A stretch of 61,139 bases of DNA, the filler included, from Sphacelaria rigidula (lineage: Eukaryota), in assembly GCA_964200075.2 (NCBI GenBank). It is 8 parts of 8 records of this genome, joined end to end, with 100 filler letters (N's around TTAATTAATTAA, not from the genome) between each part and the next. Parts side by side here need not be neighbours in the genome. Positions count along the whole stretch, not along the records: positions 30,621 to 38,175 come from CAXNAA020014355.1; positions 38,276 to 45,830 come from CAXNAA020014356.1; positions 45,931 to 53,485 come from CAXNAA020014357.1; 5 more parts are not named here. One strand, given 5' to 3'. Positions within the stretch are counted from its first letter, which is position 1; every line of letters begins with the position of its first letter. The position numbers and the translations under genes are program-made. Shown here piece by piece: positions 36,536 to 49,765 of the stretch. The notes below the pieces were generated by a model. It saw nothing but the letters and a program-made list of their open reading frames with translations. It had not been told where the DNA came from and made no database searches.

Positions 36536-38175
36536 GAACTGCTTGCTCGGTTCGGAGTCCCGTCGCGAATGATCAAGATCATCCATATGTTTCACGACGG
36601 CATGCGAGCTCGAGTACAGCTAGATAGTAGCGAACTATCAGCGTGGTTCGACGTCTGCCAGGGACTCAGACAAGGTTGCGTTTCGTCTCCGCTGTTGTTT
36701 TTCAATATCTTCGAAGCAGGTTTGGTGGAAGTGATCGTCCAACGGTTTGCGGCGGACCCACTCATCGTCTCAGACTTGGGTTTTCTAGATGATGCGCCAC
36801 AATGTGTCGGTGATGAACCCGTGGAAGAGACACCACTGGAAAAGGTGCGACGCACGGTGTGGGCAATGCTTTATGTGGACGACGCCGGCATAGCCTCGAA
36901 GGCCTCAGAAGGCCTTGCTCGAATGATGGCCGTGATAGTGATGACCTGCCAGGAATTTGGCCTGATGGTCTCCGAGACCAAGACAGAGTCGATGCGCCTC
37001 TGGTCAGTACCCAGTTCTACGGAGGCCACCCTGGATATCAGAGCTACCGGTCAACGGTATTAGCAGACAGGGAAGCTCATCTACCTTGGTGGGGCTATCA
37101 GCGCGGATGCGAAAATGTCCACCGAAATCAACCGCCGTATCAGCGCGGCGTGGGCGCGTATCCGAAAATATAGCTCCCAACTCTACGACCGACCCAACGC
37201 CGAGCTATCCTTGAAAGTTCGACTGCTTAAAGCGGAGGTGGTGGAAGCTCTGTTGTATGGGTGTGCCACATGGACGCTACGTTCTGAGGACTTTGACAGT
37301 CTGCGCACTGCTCATCACAAGCTCTTGATGCGAGCGGTTGGATTCCGCTGGAAGGATCGAAATGGCGACAAGATTCTTTCGTGGAGAGCGGTGCTCGAGA
37401 TGACCAACTGCGAACGTATCGAGACGACTATCCGCAAACGTCAACTCTGGTTCGCGGGAGCACATGTCCGGCAGTAGGACACACGCCTCCCCAAGCGTGC
37501 CATGAACGGTCGGCTTTCCACACGAGGACCCAAGGAGGTCGCCCCCCCCCCCCAAGCGATGGGAGGATACCCTAAAGGAGAACCTACGTGCGCTAGGAGC
37601 TGTCCCGCATAAATGAGCCCGATGAAAGTGGTTCGTCTACGGTGTAGAGGTCAACGATGCATACGATCGGGTCACTGCAGCGAAGGACCTGGGCAAATAG
37701 CATATTGGAGTCGAAAAGGGAACGGAAGAGTTTGAGGACACGTGGCGACGCGCGGACAAGCGAGAATCAGACCAACGTCACACGCGAGAGGATGCTAGGT
37801 CGAGGGCTACCAATCGGAAAACCCTGTCCTCTCATATCGGTTGTTCATTATGTCCTTGGTAGGTGGCTCCGCGGTGCCCACTGGTGTGTGTCTGCATCTA
37901 CTCTGCTGCCATGAATCCCTTAGGCTTTTTTTTGCTTTTTTTCCCCCCATCATTCCATTGTATTGTTTTTTTTTCTCCATGGTTCCATTGTATTTTTTAT
38001 CTAATTTGTATTGTCCTCTTGTTTTCCTCCTTCTTGCTTTAGGTTGGCCATTTCTTTCTGCGCTTTGCTTGTGTCACGACTGAGTCTGCTATGTCGTTTT
38101 GTTCGACCCCCTCCCCTTTTTGTTCCCTGTTCCTATTGTTTTCTGTTCCTTTTTTTTTTTTCCTCAGAGCGGGTT
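36536..38175 (+). mobile_element. 5'-truncated RTE-clade LINE: RT domains 3-7, C-terminal region and T-rich 3' UTR
   Basis: LLARFGVP...[14 protein letters not shown]...AMLYVDDAG...[11 protein letters not shown]...YLGG...EINRRISAAW...LLYGCATW...RKRQLWFAG. Stops at 37061 and 37475. Confidence 0.93.
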
Positions 38176-38589
38176 NNNNNNNNNNNNNNNNNNNNNNNNN
38201 NNNNNNNNNNNNNNNNNNNTTAATTAATTAANNNNNNNNNNNNNNNNNNNNNNNNNNNNNNNNNNNNNNNNNNNNACCAAGTCAGCGCTGACTTGTCAGT
38301 AGTCTAGTTGGTTGTCTCTTAAACCGTCTCAGATCGGGTTTGCCTGCCGTACTATCGACAGCGTTGCGTGAAAGCCACAAGACCTTTGCTATCGGCGGTT
38401 GATGGCGTGTGTCCCAAATGCAACAAGTTTTTGATCGTAGAGCATTCTCGTCCCAGCTTGTAATGCATGACCTCCTCACATCGGAATAGTTCTGGAAAGC
38501 TACTCGTACTGTACCGAGGTGTTCACGCGACCAGCGTGTGCTCCAGATTGCAGCATGGACGGACTCCTATGCCCCACACTAGCAACGGT

Positions 38590-40000
38590 TAGGCCACCAT
38601 CATAGGTATCTTCTTTTCACTCCGCATGTCGAGGAGGTCTCTACAAGTATTTGATCTCTCATACACCCCCATCAACTGGCGTGTGGCACGCTGTTCTCGT
38701 CGGGCACCCAGAGGGTCAGATGTGGGTAAAATCAACGATGAATAACACCCCCCAAGTTTCAATTGGATTTCTCTATTGTTTTCGCCGCACCACCGCCCTT
38801 GCTGGCATGCCCTGTTTATCAACGACATGTTCTTCGGCGCACAGAGGCGCGTCCTGTCCAAAAGGAGAGGCAGAGAGAAATCCATCTTCGCATTGGTGAG
38901 CTCGACAGGCAATTGTAAGAAGAGAGGAAATCTCTCCGCAACTCGATGTTTCGGCACATCATGGAAAATTGGGCACATCCTGGTAACGTCGATGATGCCA
39001 GTCTCTCCGGCGATTGGTGATCGCCGAGCGAGGACAAACAAAGGACACGGGCGAGGAGCTTCCTCTCTGTCGTTGCTTTTTTCTCTCTGGTGATATCGTC
39101 GACACGCGTGTACACCGCATTCGTTAGGTGCACCTAGCCACAGCTGCTTAACTGCCGCGGATATTCGGGGGCGGAAGATGGCTCCGCTCGGTAGTGAGTG
39201 TTTCGCGTGATCCCTGCAAAAAGAAAGGCCACTTCAACCTCATTTTTGAGATGAACCCCATTTTCCAGGATACACTGTTAATAGCTGTCAGCGAGTGAAG
39301 AAATGGAAGCATACTTCGAAGATTTGGTGTGGATGCGAAGATTTTGATCCTTCGGGTTTTCATCCCCAATAAAAGATCCATCCCCAATTTGTGAAATCCC
39401 GTGTTCCCAGCCCGTGAAGATAGCGTGTGTATTCCAGTGCTGCATCGTATGACACGGTACAGCTGCGTATGCGTGCCGTCTCATCGTTGGAGCCCACCTA
39501 TTTCCCACTACCGCCTCTTGAATGTAAGTCGTGATTGCGTGTGGACCCTTGGGGAGTGCGTGTTTGGTTGCACGTCGTGAGTTCTCCGAAGAACATGCAT
39601 GTCTTCATCTCGTCCATATCTCCCACCGTTTCGTGCAAGGTAGCGTATCGGCCAGGCCAGAAAAAACAATGATACTGTACATGGGGAAAATTATACACGC
39701 CGAGCAGATGATTATGAGTTCGGCCCATCAGAGACAGCGCGCCGCCACTCCAACCCATACCCAGTGTTCGGGAAGAATCCCGTACGTACTATCCTCTGAC
39801 CGCGCTTGTGATTAACAAGGGATCATGAATTTCGCATAGATTGAACGGATGTGATGGCGCAACGCGAACGGGTACCATCAACTGTGCATGCAAATCCGGC
39901 CAGTTCAAAGTCCTGTGTCCTTGCAGGATGCCGGCTTCTGGTAGAATCCAATGGCTGCCTGTATCATCAACCAGTATTTCAATCATCTACAGGGGCCATA
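38590..40000 (-). pseudogene. Decayed coding region, possibly a Plavaka/CMC-like transposase
   Basis: Colinear weak motifs across frames (FACTVDGT, SHPFNL, RTGFFP, VGDMDEM..C) resemble the SDxT / HPVYL / GFLP / ADxPE order. Many disruptions. Confidence 0.3.
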
Positions 40001-40712
40001 TCTGAAGGACTTCAATGTTGTGGATCGCGGTGTAGTGGTGAAAGTGCAGTATGATGATGGGCTCGTCATTCCGACTTCCAGTGCCCGGAGGGCTGACTGC
40101 GGGAACTGGCAAGTGCCGCAGTGAGGGGTGAGGATGTCCGTTCGCGACGGTTATAGAAACATGCCTCTTTGCATCCAGCTTGGATTCAGTTACTTTCGAA
40201 ACGGAATCTCTTGCTGAGCCCCTGGTTGTTGATACTTTGAGAGAGACGAAGCGAAGCGACGCTTGAGTTGAGCTGTCAAAGCCACCAGACGAAAAGAGAA
40301 AGTCATACGCGTCTGAAGGTGCGCTCGAGACGCGCTGATGTTCAGCGTGAAGTGCTCTGCGTTGGACGGATCATCATGACCGCTGGATACCGTCCGGGGG
40401 TTGATTGCTGTTTGCTGTGCAAAAACTGTGAGTCAAGTACTGAAGAGAACTTGACTTGTGATATATTTGTCTGGAATTGAAAGACTGAACTTACGCCCGG
40501 ACAGTGATTAGTGTGACAGTTCTCGTGAAATGAGCACATAAAAATCCGTACATTCCGTGACGCACGTGTTGTCGAGGACTAGTAGTTGCCAAATTCTTGA
40601 ATTCTCATACTATGAGGTTCTTGGATCTGCTAGCCGCGCCTAAGCAACGCTTGTGTAGAGAACGACTCCAATACGTCATCTTTCCGTAATATGTAAACGG
40701 CCACATGTGTGA

Positions 40713-41267
40713 TCATCCGCTACCCTCTACATTGCCGCCCCCTCGAGCAGCCCCCGCTGCTCGCCCGCGTCCACCTGCACGCAAGGCCTCCCGCCTCCAT
40801 CGTCTATTTTGCCTCAACGCATCTTGTTGGAGGTGCTCCCAGATCCGCTGAAAAATGGCGCGGCTACCCCCGCTGCCACCCCCGCTGCTAACATCGTCGG
40901 TCAGCCTGGCCCAAACCCGTACTGACGCGCCGGCGGCGGCTGCCCCGGCCCACTGCGCCGCCGCGTGTACCTCCAGCTCAAACGCGAACAGCAGCGCAGG
41001 CAGTTCTCTTGATTCCAACCCTGATCTCACCTCTCCCTCCCCCGCACCCGATGCAGCCGCCGCCTCCACTGCCGCTGTAGGCGACGTGGGATGGTGGTTT
41101 CGTGCTGCTGTTGGTTTTGTCGTGGATACTGCTGCTGCCGTGGCAGAAAGGCAAGATGGGCGGATTTGAGAAGAGGAAGGGGAAGAGTATGCTTCGCAGC
41201 GAAAACGGTAGGTGCCACCGCCGCCGCCGCTGATATCACCTTCGTTGGTATCGCCCGCGGCTTGCAT
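40713..41267 (-). CDS. Terminal exon of the same gene
   Basis: Acceptor CATATCCAG|ATG, phase 0. Ends LLFAFELEV...FQRIWEHLQQDALRQNRRWRRE, similar to the R.NRRWRR tail of METTL16-type proteins. Catalytic exons are outside the segment. Confidence 0.6.
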   Translation of the reverse strand: MQAAGDTNEGDISGGGGGTYRFRCEAYSSPSSSQIRPSCLSATAAAVSTTKPTAARNHHPTSPTAAVEAAAASGAGEGEVRSGLESRELPALLFAFELEVHAAAQWAGAAAAGASVRVWARLTDDVSSGGGSGGSRAIFQRIWEHLQQDALRQNRRWRREALRAGGRGRAAGAARGGGNVEGSG

Positions 41268-42084
41268 CTGGATATGGGCCTGGTTGGTTCGCGTTGGTTG
41301 GTTGTGGCGAAAGAAACGCAACAAGTACAGGGGCAATTCGGAACGGAAACTTGGTGTCACATTCGCGGTATTATACCATGCAAAAAGTTCCCCGACTTGC
41401 TCGCAGGACGACTTGGTGAAAACGTGATTTTTTCTCATTTATAGTACTGCACATGGAGGGTGTCAGAGCGATGGCTTTCAGATATGGACACCCAACCAAG
41501 ACCCGCCTCATTTGGCTGTGAAGAGGGCTACGGGGATGGGGAGGGCGGGGGGGAGAGAAGAGCTACCAGGCACCTCATTCATATCGTGGCGTACCCTGTT
41601 GGCATATGCCAATCAGTTTCTGTGAAGACGCAGATCCTCCGGCGAAGACTGTAGCTGTACATTGGCGGGACACCACCCCTCCACCGCTACTCTTGGTTAT
41701 AAATGAATCTCATCTTGCCCAATTCCACATTCAGGATATATCCTGTGGGACAACGGACTCCCCTTCTATGAGCACTACACCCGCCGCTCTTCACATACTG
41801 AGAACTCGCCTTTTTCGATGAAGGAAGAAATCGATCACAGCGAAATTAAAAGCTGCTATGACTGAGTTTCCAATATTTTACACGTCGAAAGAGTCAAGTA
41901 CGACTTGACTCGTTACGAATGCCGAGTGCAACTGATGTGTCAAAAATTCATCATGTGCGGACCACAGATGCAAAAAAAGTACGTTCGAGGCAGTATGGCA
42001 CGAATGACGAACGGGATTGTGCACGAATCAAATAGTATTGCACGAATGAAGAGTACAAAATATGTACGGGTCACACTTCTTGTA

Positions 42085-42390
42085 CGAATCACTGGTGGGG
42101 GACATCTCAATTTGATACATCCCACATGAATAGCGATGGGGAATATGTACGCATAATTCATGCCGGATGAAGGGCAGATGGGAGACATGTACATATTATT
42201 CATGCCGTATGCATTCTCGGTGGGGAGTATGTGCACTTGACTTATGCCGTACGGATAGCAGGTGGGAATCATGTACGTATTGATTCACGCCGTATGAATG
42301 GCAGCCGAGAAATATGATCGTTTGCTTCATGCCCCATGAATGGTGGGTGGTATGTTTGATTCATGCCATGTGCATGACTGGTGAGAAGCG
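42085..42390. repeat. Diverged ~42-bp minisatellite (~7 units), intronic
   Basis: TTCATGCCG-like core at 42157, 42199, 42241, 42284, 42326 and 42360. Confidence 0.75.
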
Positions 42391-43470
42391 AGAACGAAGC
42401 CCCGTTCTCGTGAAAAGAATTATATGATTTGATTCGTGCAAACGATCAGGAACTCACCCTACGTATGATTGGTGTTTTGTCAGTCTCGCGTCTTCGCCCT
42501 TTCACCGCCAGGCTAGGCGATCTGTTGAAATGGCATCACTTCCCTTCTTCTCCAAGAGTACATGATGCTGGTCCAACAGATCACCTACCCTAGCTGTCAA
42601 CAGGTTCGCCCCGAACGACTGAACAGGTCCATCGCCAGCACACATGAACAAATATATCATCTACAACATCTGCGCATTGCCGGTCACACGGTAGGTTTGT
42701 CACAACGCGCAAAAGCCATGCCCCACGAATTGAGATTGCGGAAAATAAACCACAAGAGTCGTGCCTCATGAAAGGCAGTTGTGGAATATGTACCAAACGG
42801 TCCCAGCAATGAACTGATGGCCCGGATGATGTGAATCTGATTCACGCCGCACAAATGATGGGGAGGAAATATTTACCGGCGGAATTTATCCGAGCTACTG
42901 CTGTTCGCTTTGAGACCATAATCTCGGCGATTTTTCAAGACAGCTGATATGGGGTGAGATTGCGGGAGAGAAACAAGTGACCACGCTTAGATACAGTACC
43001 AAATATTGCGACAAGCAAGCACGAGGAGGAGAGCAGAATCGCTGGTCCGCAGAAGAGACCAGTGCAAGATACTCAAATATCTTAGATTGCTCATGGCAGC
43101 TCAAGGTACGGCCTAAACGTTTGAGGAGAGATGCGCATCGACAATTTGGAGGCCACGACCACTGCTACTGCTCTTCCTTCCGGAGAAAAGGGCGTGCTCT
43201 ATTCGCGAATCCTATCATATGAACCTGGCTCCGAAAAACAGCAGCTTCCAAACGATTGAGAAGAACATTTCACGGCGCTTCTCGCCTGGTCGTTGATTGC
43301 GAGCCTAGTCCGGCGAAAACTCGGCGTGCTCTGTCCCGACTTTGTAGGGATGCAAGGTCGATGGTCATATGATTACGGCATGCACGATATCATGAATACG
43401 TCCTCCACCCTCCATCTTCCCAGAAGGCTACGAGACACACGCGAACACAAAGCATACACTGACGGCGTAC

Positions 43471-43755
43471 CTCCTTAGACGATCCCAGAGAGCTCCTCAG
43501 TCTGGCCACCACTTCGTCCACGTCTGCGGGAAGGTTTTCAGGGACGACGATCTTCAACGCCTGCTCTACCGCAGAGCCTCCCCCATCCCCCGCCAATGGT
43601 TCCGGCACTGCTGTGGTCGACGATTCCGGCGCAGTTGGGGCGGCGGCAGCAATGGCGGCGGTACGTAGCGGTACAGAGAAGCTCCGCAGGCTGTGTTGCG
43701 TTTTCTCTGCCGTTTTTTTCTTGGAAAATACTTTTATGCTGGGGTCGTCAGGGAC
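43471..43755 (-). CDS. Penultimate exon of a probable METTL16/RlmF-like RNA m6A methyltransferase (non-catalytic C-terminal region)
   Basis: CCGACCAG|GTC ... GAG|GTACGC. 285 nt, phase 0. Encodes VPDDPSIKVFSKKKTAEKTQHSLRSFSV...VDEVVARLRSSL. The exon is well supported; the product name comes from remembered resemblance only. Confidence 0.55.
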
Positions 43756-45149
43756 CTGGTCGGGGTCGTCATGCGCGGGGACATCACAAGGATGTGACTA
43801 TTTGTGTTTCGTGTGGACATCGGGAGGACCCACACCCACAATACGTGTTGAATGGGTCGCCGTGTATCAGCAATCTCGTATCCATAGCCAGGTGAGACGA
43901 ACAACAGACGCGTGAGATCCAAGAATGAACGACCTTACTAAGGGAAGCACTCGCTTGACCCGTTCCTGTACAGTAGGTGGCTTGCAACGCGACGCCAGTA
44001 ACGAAGACGTGAGGATATTTCAACCGTGCTTATTTCGTTATTTTTATATTTACTGCAGGAATGTTCATACATTAAAAACAAGTCAACGGAATTTCGCATT
44101 GGCAAGCATACATGATCTCACCGGAAACATCACTGCGTCCTTTGCGGTCACACGCTCAAATATTCAACGCACTCCCTCCTACATACCTTTGAAATACTTT
44201 GGAAGTAACTCTGGAGCGTTTTTTAACCGACCAGCAACATGCACAGACCTATAACCTCGAGAGGATTCAACTGGATGATCCTAAAATAAGCGCAAACACT
44301 GTCAACGGCAACATACAACAATGTGTTCAACTCAGAATCTTCACAACTTTTGGGAAGGCGTTCCATATTCATTTCCAAAATATAACGGATCAACGTTACG
44401 CTCAGATTCCTTCCATCACACAAAAAAAAATGAAGCATTGTCAATCCAATACAGACATAGTACACCCGGCTAGCTGAAGGAAAATAAGGACGCTGAGTTC
44501 CGGTCTAGGCCCAAACTTCATTTTCGAGAATGTTCCAAGAACAGAGTATCCACTTCCTTGGCTGATTCGTGCTACATTACATTCGGCGTTGTACTGCGGC
44601 CATGATTTCCACAAAAAAACAAATCGAAGCCGGGGAGGTGTAAGGCTATGTATGCTTTATTCATGGTGTACCTGCTGCGGCCATATGTTTCATTTTATCT
44701 TATACTCGGTTTAGAAGTCATTATGGGACAACGTTCCTGCATTCAAGACCCTTCCATTGTATCCCAGTCCACGGGTTAACAGCGGGTCCCGTCCATTTTC
44801 AACTAACGCACACCTTATCGCCCACCATCCCCTCAGCCGTGAAGGACCAGGCTAAACCCCAGCGCACCGTCTTGCCCTGGAAAAACTCCGTCGTGCGTGT
44901 GTTCTTCACACCCGCCTTGGGCCATCAAGGCAAACAGGTGTGGACGCCCCCCCCCCCGGGAGTACATGATTTCCAGGCACACAAGAAAACGGTACACGAG
45001 TGGAGGAGCATGCGCACATGTACAACCGAACGCTAGGCGTCAATTTAAGCTAAATGGGGGCGGATACAAAGCAAGGTTGTAGATTAAGGAGCCATTGGGC
45101 GGTAAAGAAGGAGCGGGGGAGAGAGGGTGGGGTGGGGTGGGGGGGGGGG

Positions 45150-45442
45150 GTTGCCCATGATCATGCATGCCTCAGTCATAGGACCATTGACCTCGCATCC
45201 CTACAACGCCGGGACGGAGTACGCCGGGTTTGCGCCGGACCAGGTTCGTGATCAATCGCCAAGCGCGGAGCGCCGTGATGATATGTTCGGCGAGTCGCAT
45301 GAAGGGTGTGCTGCATCATGCTAAGATGCTCGGCCCGATGCGTACTTGTTATCTTACATTTGGGTGACAGCCTTCAATGAGGTGCTTCGATTTCTGGTAT
45401 CGCCATTTCCAGAGACAGACATGGGTTGCACACTGCCTCATG
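45150..45442 (-). repeat. Second retroposon-derived dispersed repeat; homologous copy at ~23057-23280
   Basis: Shared CCGGGACGGAG.ACG.CGGGTTT...GTTCGGCGAGTCGCATGAAGGGTG...GGTATCGCCA.TTCCAGAGACAG. Adjacent to a G-run. Confidence 0.75.
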
Positions 45443-46915
45443 GGTGTTTCACCATCGGAGGGGGGGTGAGGCGGGGCGTGCTCATTTGCTGCCTGCCATA
45501 GTCGTTTCACCATCGACCACGCATCCCTTTCGAGAAGGGGTATCGTTCCTGCTGTTGATAAAGACACCTCCAACATTCGGGTGCCCATTACGTTCCTTCC
45601 ATACATTACACAAAAAACCATGGAAAGGGAGCGGGAGGGGGGAGTGCAAACCGCAGTCGAGGCTCCCTCCATGGACCAGGGACTCTAGACGTAAGAAGTA
45701 TAACATAATTATGATACTGCACCCGCAGCTCATGACCAATCCCTGTGTTTCCTTTTTTTTTCACACTTTGAACCCCTCCCCTTCCTCGAGATGAGTCCGT
45801 GGTGTCAAGGGATCACCCCATCTCTCCCCCNNNNNNNNNNNNNNNNNNNNNNNNNNNNNNNNNNNNNNNNNNNNTTAATTAATTAANNNNNNNNNNNNNN
45901 NNNNNNNNNNNNNNNNNNNNNNNNNNNNNNAAAGCGAATGATCAAATCCACTCTCAATCGCATCATCTACTCTCAATCTCACGAAAACACTGTCAACCGT
46001 CGTCGGCTCGGGAATCTAACAAAAAAAGTATTTTTGAAAACGGTTACTACGGGGTCGAATTATACCCGAAACCGTGATGTTTAGGTGATGCCGGGTGTTG
46101 GCGTCATCTAATTTCCACTATAATAATGATACGCACAAAAGTCTCAGGGAGCCTCGTGACGGTGTCTCCTATATCTGATGTAGAAAAGCTCAGATCGCCC
46201 TCAAACCGGGCAGTTCCGTAAGTATTGATGCTCCAAAAAATGGATAAATTGTGTTGTTGACAATATTTCATGGGTTTCTCTGTTCTTTACCGGCTTCCGA
46301 GGGTCCCAGTACGCAGACCCCCGGAAGGCGGTACGGAATGCCCTAAAAGAAAAATAATAAAATGATGCGTCCTGGGGTCGTCCAAGAAATACATGTACAA
46401 AGTTTGGTGCAGAAACTCGAAAACCTCATACAGTTTTTCTTGCCTTGACGTGAAGTTCACCTCAAAAGACGTTTCCATACTGAAACCAATTTGTTAAGAG
46501 TTGCACGTTTGAAGCCCACCTCCGCCACAAACGCGCAAGCCTTCACACCGTTATTGGGAGTTAGATCCCAAAACTTTGCAAAAATAGGCCATGTATCATT
46601 ACGCAACTTTCTATGGATCATGTTGATTTAGTTCTTGAGTTTTTCGAAGTAGTCTCCATTCTGGGACCCGGGAAACCAGCACGACGATATTTTTTTTTAA
46701 TTTTTCGTGAGCGAGCTATCCCTGCATAACCCAAGGAAGGGTCCCACAAACTTTTGTCGCAAAACTCGATCAACTGATGCTTGAATTTTCATGGTCACGC
46801 GTCAAAGACGGCTCAAAAACGCCGTTTTCGTGCTAAAGTGAAGTAGATTGCGGTTTCACTGCGGCACGTCAAAGTTCATCGCACAAAAGCGAAAATCCTC
46901 ACGCTGTTGTAAGGA

Positions 46916-47138
46916 GTTAGATCCTGAAAATTTGCACAGCTGTGCTATGGGTCATTACGCAACTTTGGATGAACGAGGTTTTTCGATTTTTTTCTTTGCC
47001 GTTTTACGGGGGTCCGATTGGATCGATGTTTCCCGGAAAAACTGGGACCCCTGAAAAAAGGTCAAAAGTCGAAAAACCTCGACCTTCGAAAGTTGCATAA
47101 TGCCCCATAGAACATGTGTGCAAAATTTCAGGGTCTAA
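46916..47138. repeat. ~75-bp inverted repeat pair (DNA-transposon subterminal type), with a third direct copy at ~46560-46612
   Basis: GTTAGATCCTGAAAATTTGCACA...CATTACGCAACTTT..CGAGGTTTTTCGA is the reverse complement of ~47065-47138. Confidence 0.75.
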
Positions 47139-48713
47139 CAGTGGTAGTCTGTGACCACGGAAGACGTCCGAGTCAGATGCCCAGTACAGCACTGCGCAGA
47201 TACCGGAACGACTTTTTAATGTGAAGACAACAACAACAACAACAACAACTCGTTCAAACAGCGTGAGGTTTTGCCGATGAGTGTTTTTTGGGTGATATGC
47301 CTGAAGCAGCCTTTAGATAATCTCAAACTCGAGGTTCCCGCTATATTCCACAACAGTTGCTAGCCTCGAGTTTCAGATACCTCTCCTGTTCACTCATATT
47401 TCCATGTCAGATTCATGGTGCCGCCCCCTTCGCAATTACTCTTCTTGCGGAATTTATAGTGAAGCCCGGACCCCGTAGGCCGCGGAGATATTGTTGAATA
47501 ATAATATCATTTTCATTTGAAAAAATGGGTCTACCGAGTGTCTTTTTGCCTATACCTTTAATTCGCCCTTCTCGTGATTTTGTCAACGTAAAAGTACGTG
47601 TCGAACAACCTATCGCTGACCTTATTCCTCCTTCATCCGTTCGTTTCGTGATTGGCATCGATGTGTTCAGATAAAAGACGACGCCGCTACTCCGGATGCC
47701 TACTTGACCTCGGTGTTTTACCAGGGATACTGGGCAGCCAGCCAGGTACGTAGATACCTGTCTACGATGTTGTTTTCATTCTGTCAAGAATTTTCCGTCC
47801 CTTACAAGTACAAGTATCATGCGGCCCGCCTCGTCATGGGTCGCGAGTCATGCGTAGCGCCTCGCAGTGTTAGGCTGTGACATGCTTATATTTTGTCATC
47901 TCCCGTCTACAGATTGTTGATCATGGACACATGCCTGAATCTCTAACTGATGGAGCACCCTTTCATTTCTCTGGTCTTTACCTGCATGATTCGCTGTGAT
48001 CGCCACCTTTCAAGTTTTCACTTGTCCACTCTAGTACTGTACCGGTCTGCATGGTGATGTCTGTGGGGGTTCTATTGTTCACTCTAAGACCGCGACGCGT
48101 GCAGTCCATCTGGATCGCGCACAATCTTCGCAAGTGAATTTCATGCCGATTCAGCGGGTGACCTACCCGCGCGGTCAAGAGGTTAAGAGCAACCCTTTTA
48201 ACGCCAATGTGAGTCTCCCGATGAGACAGCGTCATGTTCACTTGCTAACTGTACGTCGAGACCCGGGAAGTAGTCCGAACAAGTTACCCGATTCACCCGC
48301 GTAAACGATCTGCTTGCGCCCCATCGAGAATGTGCACCCACCGAAAAAAACACAGCGACCACAAGGAAAACGTGCCATGTGCCTCACTTTTAGAACGTCC
48401 CTTGCGGATGGTATTTTTTGGGAAGCGCATCATCCACTTTTCCGACATTCGACACGGTTCTTGGCCCCAAAAAGAGAAAATCGCCATCACACTGGGTGAT
48501 TTTGTATAGCCGAATTATTTTTCAGAGGTCATTCTCGAAACGTCGGAGTCAAGGCGATCGGGAATAGTAGGGGCCAGACTTCTGTCGGTGGGGTGATGCA
48601 CAGTATCCAAAACGTGTGTGATGGTGATAATCTCTGTTCGGGGGCAAAGAACCGTGTCAAAAGTCTCAAAAGTGGAAAACACGCCCCCCTCCCCCACATA
48701 TCGATCATAAAAA

Positions 48714-49239
48714 GAGTCATACAACGATTGGGGGGGCGGGGGGTACAGTGTTCCGGGCCACTTCTTGCACGAAATTTCAAGTCAAATCGTCGTTGAAAGT
48801 AGCAACGATGGTTGGTTGTTCGAATGAGCTTGTCCTATATACATGACGCTCGTTCACATACGGCTTGGCGACACTTTCTACGATAGCCCCCCCCAAAACC
48901 AGCCCAAAAGTGTCACGAAAAAAATGGCCATGCAGCGCCTGATGTTTGGGTGCAGGCTGCATGAAGCGCCTCACATTGGCGACATTGGCGAGAACGAACC
49001 CAAGCGTGGGAATTCCCCGCTGCTTGTCGTGCTCGGCTTTTCCCATTTCGATTCACGTAGAGATTTGCCTCCCCGAACCATGCACTTTTCGGGGATGGCT
49101 ATCGTAGAGAGTGTCTGGCACCGTTTTGAACCAAATACAAGCGCACCGCGAGTGAGTGTGGCAGGTCGTCTGACACACCTATGAGCCTCTTTTTCCGTGT
49201 ATTCAAACACCTCTCCTCCCCCCTACCGTAGGATGACTC
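48714..49239. mobile_element. MITE family B, 526-bp copy
   Basis: GAGTCATACAACGAT ... CTACCGTAGGATGACTC. Flanks AAAA/AAGA. The right ~110 bp is homologous to the 8913 copy. Confidence 0.7.
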
Positions 49240-49765
49240 AAGAACGTTGTTAACACGCATTATCAACGGGTCTATTTATTTCCCAATAGTTGCGAATTCT
49301 TCGGGGGGAAACCTCCCACGAGAAAGGTAAGAGCAGATAGTATTTTAACGGTTTTGGTTTTGCGCAGGAGTCGGAGGGAAGTTCAAATTTGTCGGGAAAC
49401 GTGAAGAGAGAACTGGAAACAAATGGCCTGTTTACCTCTACTCGTATTCGCCGCCAGGATGAGTCAAAATAATATGTTGGATGGGCATCATTTTCACGTT
49501 TAAAATATCCCTGACACCAGATCGACCCCCCTGGGGGTAAAAAGGATTTAATAGTAAGACGCCTAGCCGGGGCACGTGCGGGAGATGCTTTGACCGCCTG
49601 AGAGTCGGTAGATCTATCTATACGTTTGACTTCGCCCCACGATATTTTTTGGGGGTACAAGCTCCCATCCTTCTTTTCCATTCATGTACGCCGGCTACCA
49701 CTACTGCTGCGATACGCGCAAATGTACTCCTTGACTAAGTATTCGCAGCCTTGCTTGGTGTTGCC

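Noticed and set aside
31900-38175. Both LINE fragments as one interrupted element
   Set aside because: Their levels of decay differ greatly and RT domains 1-2 are missing between them. Separate insertions are more likely.
48777-49681. Short ORFs as host genes
   Set aside because: 48777-49210 lies within a MITE. 49250-49681 has no recognisable motif or splice support.
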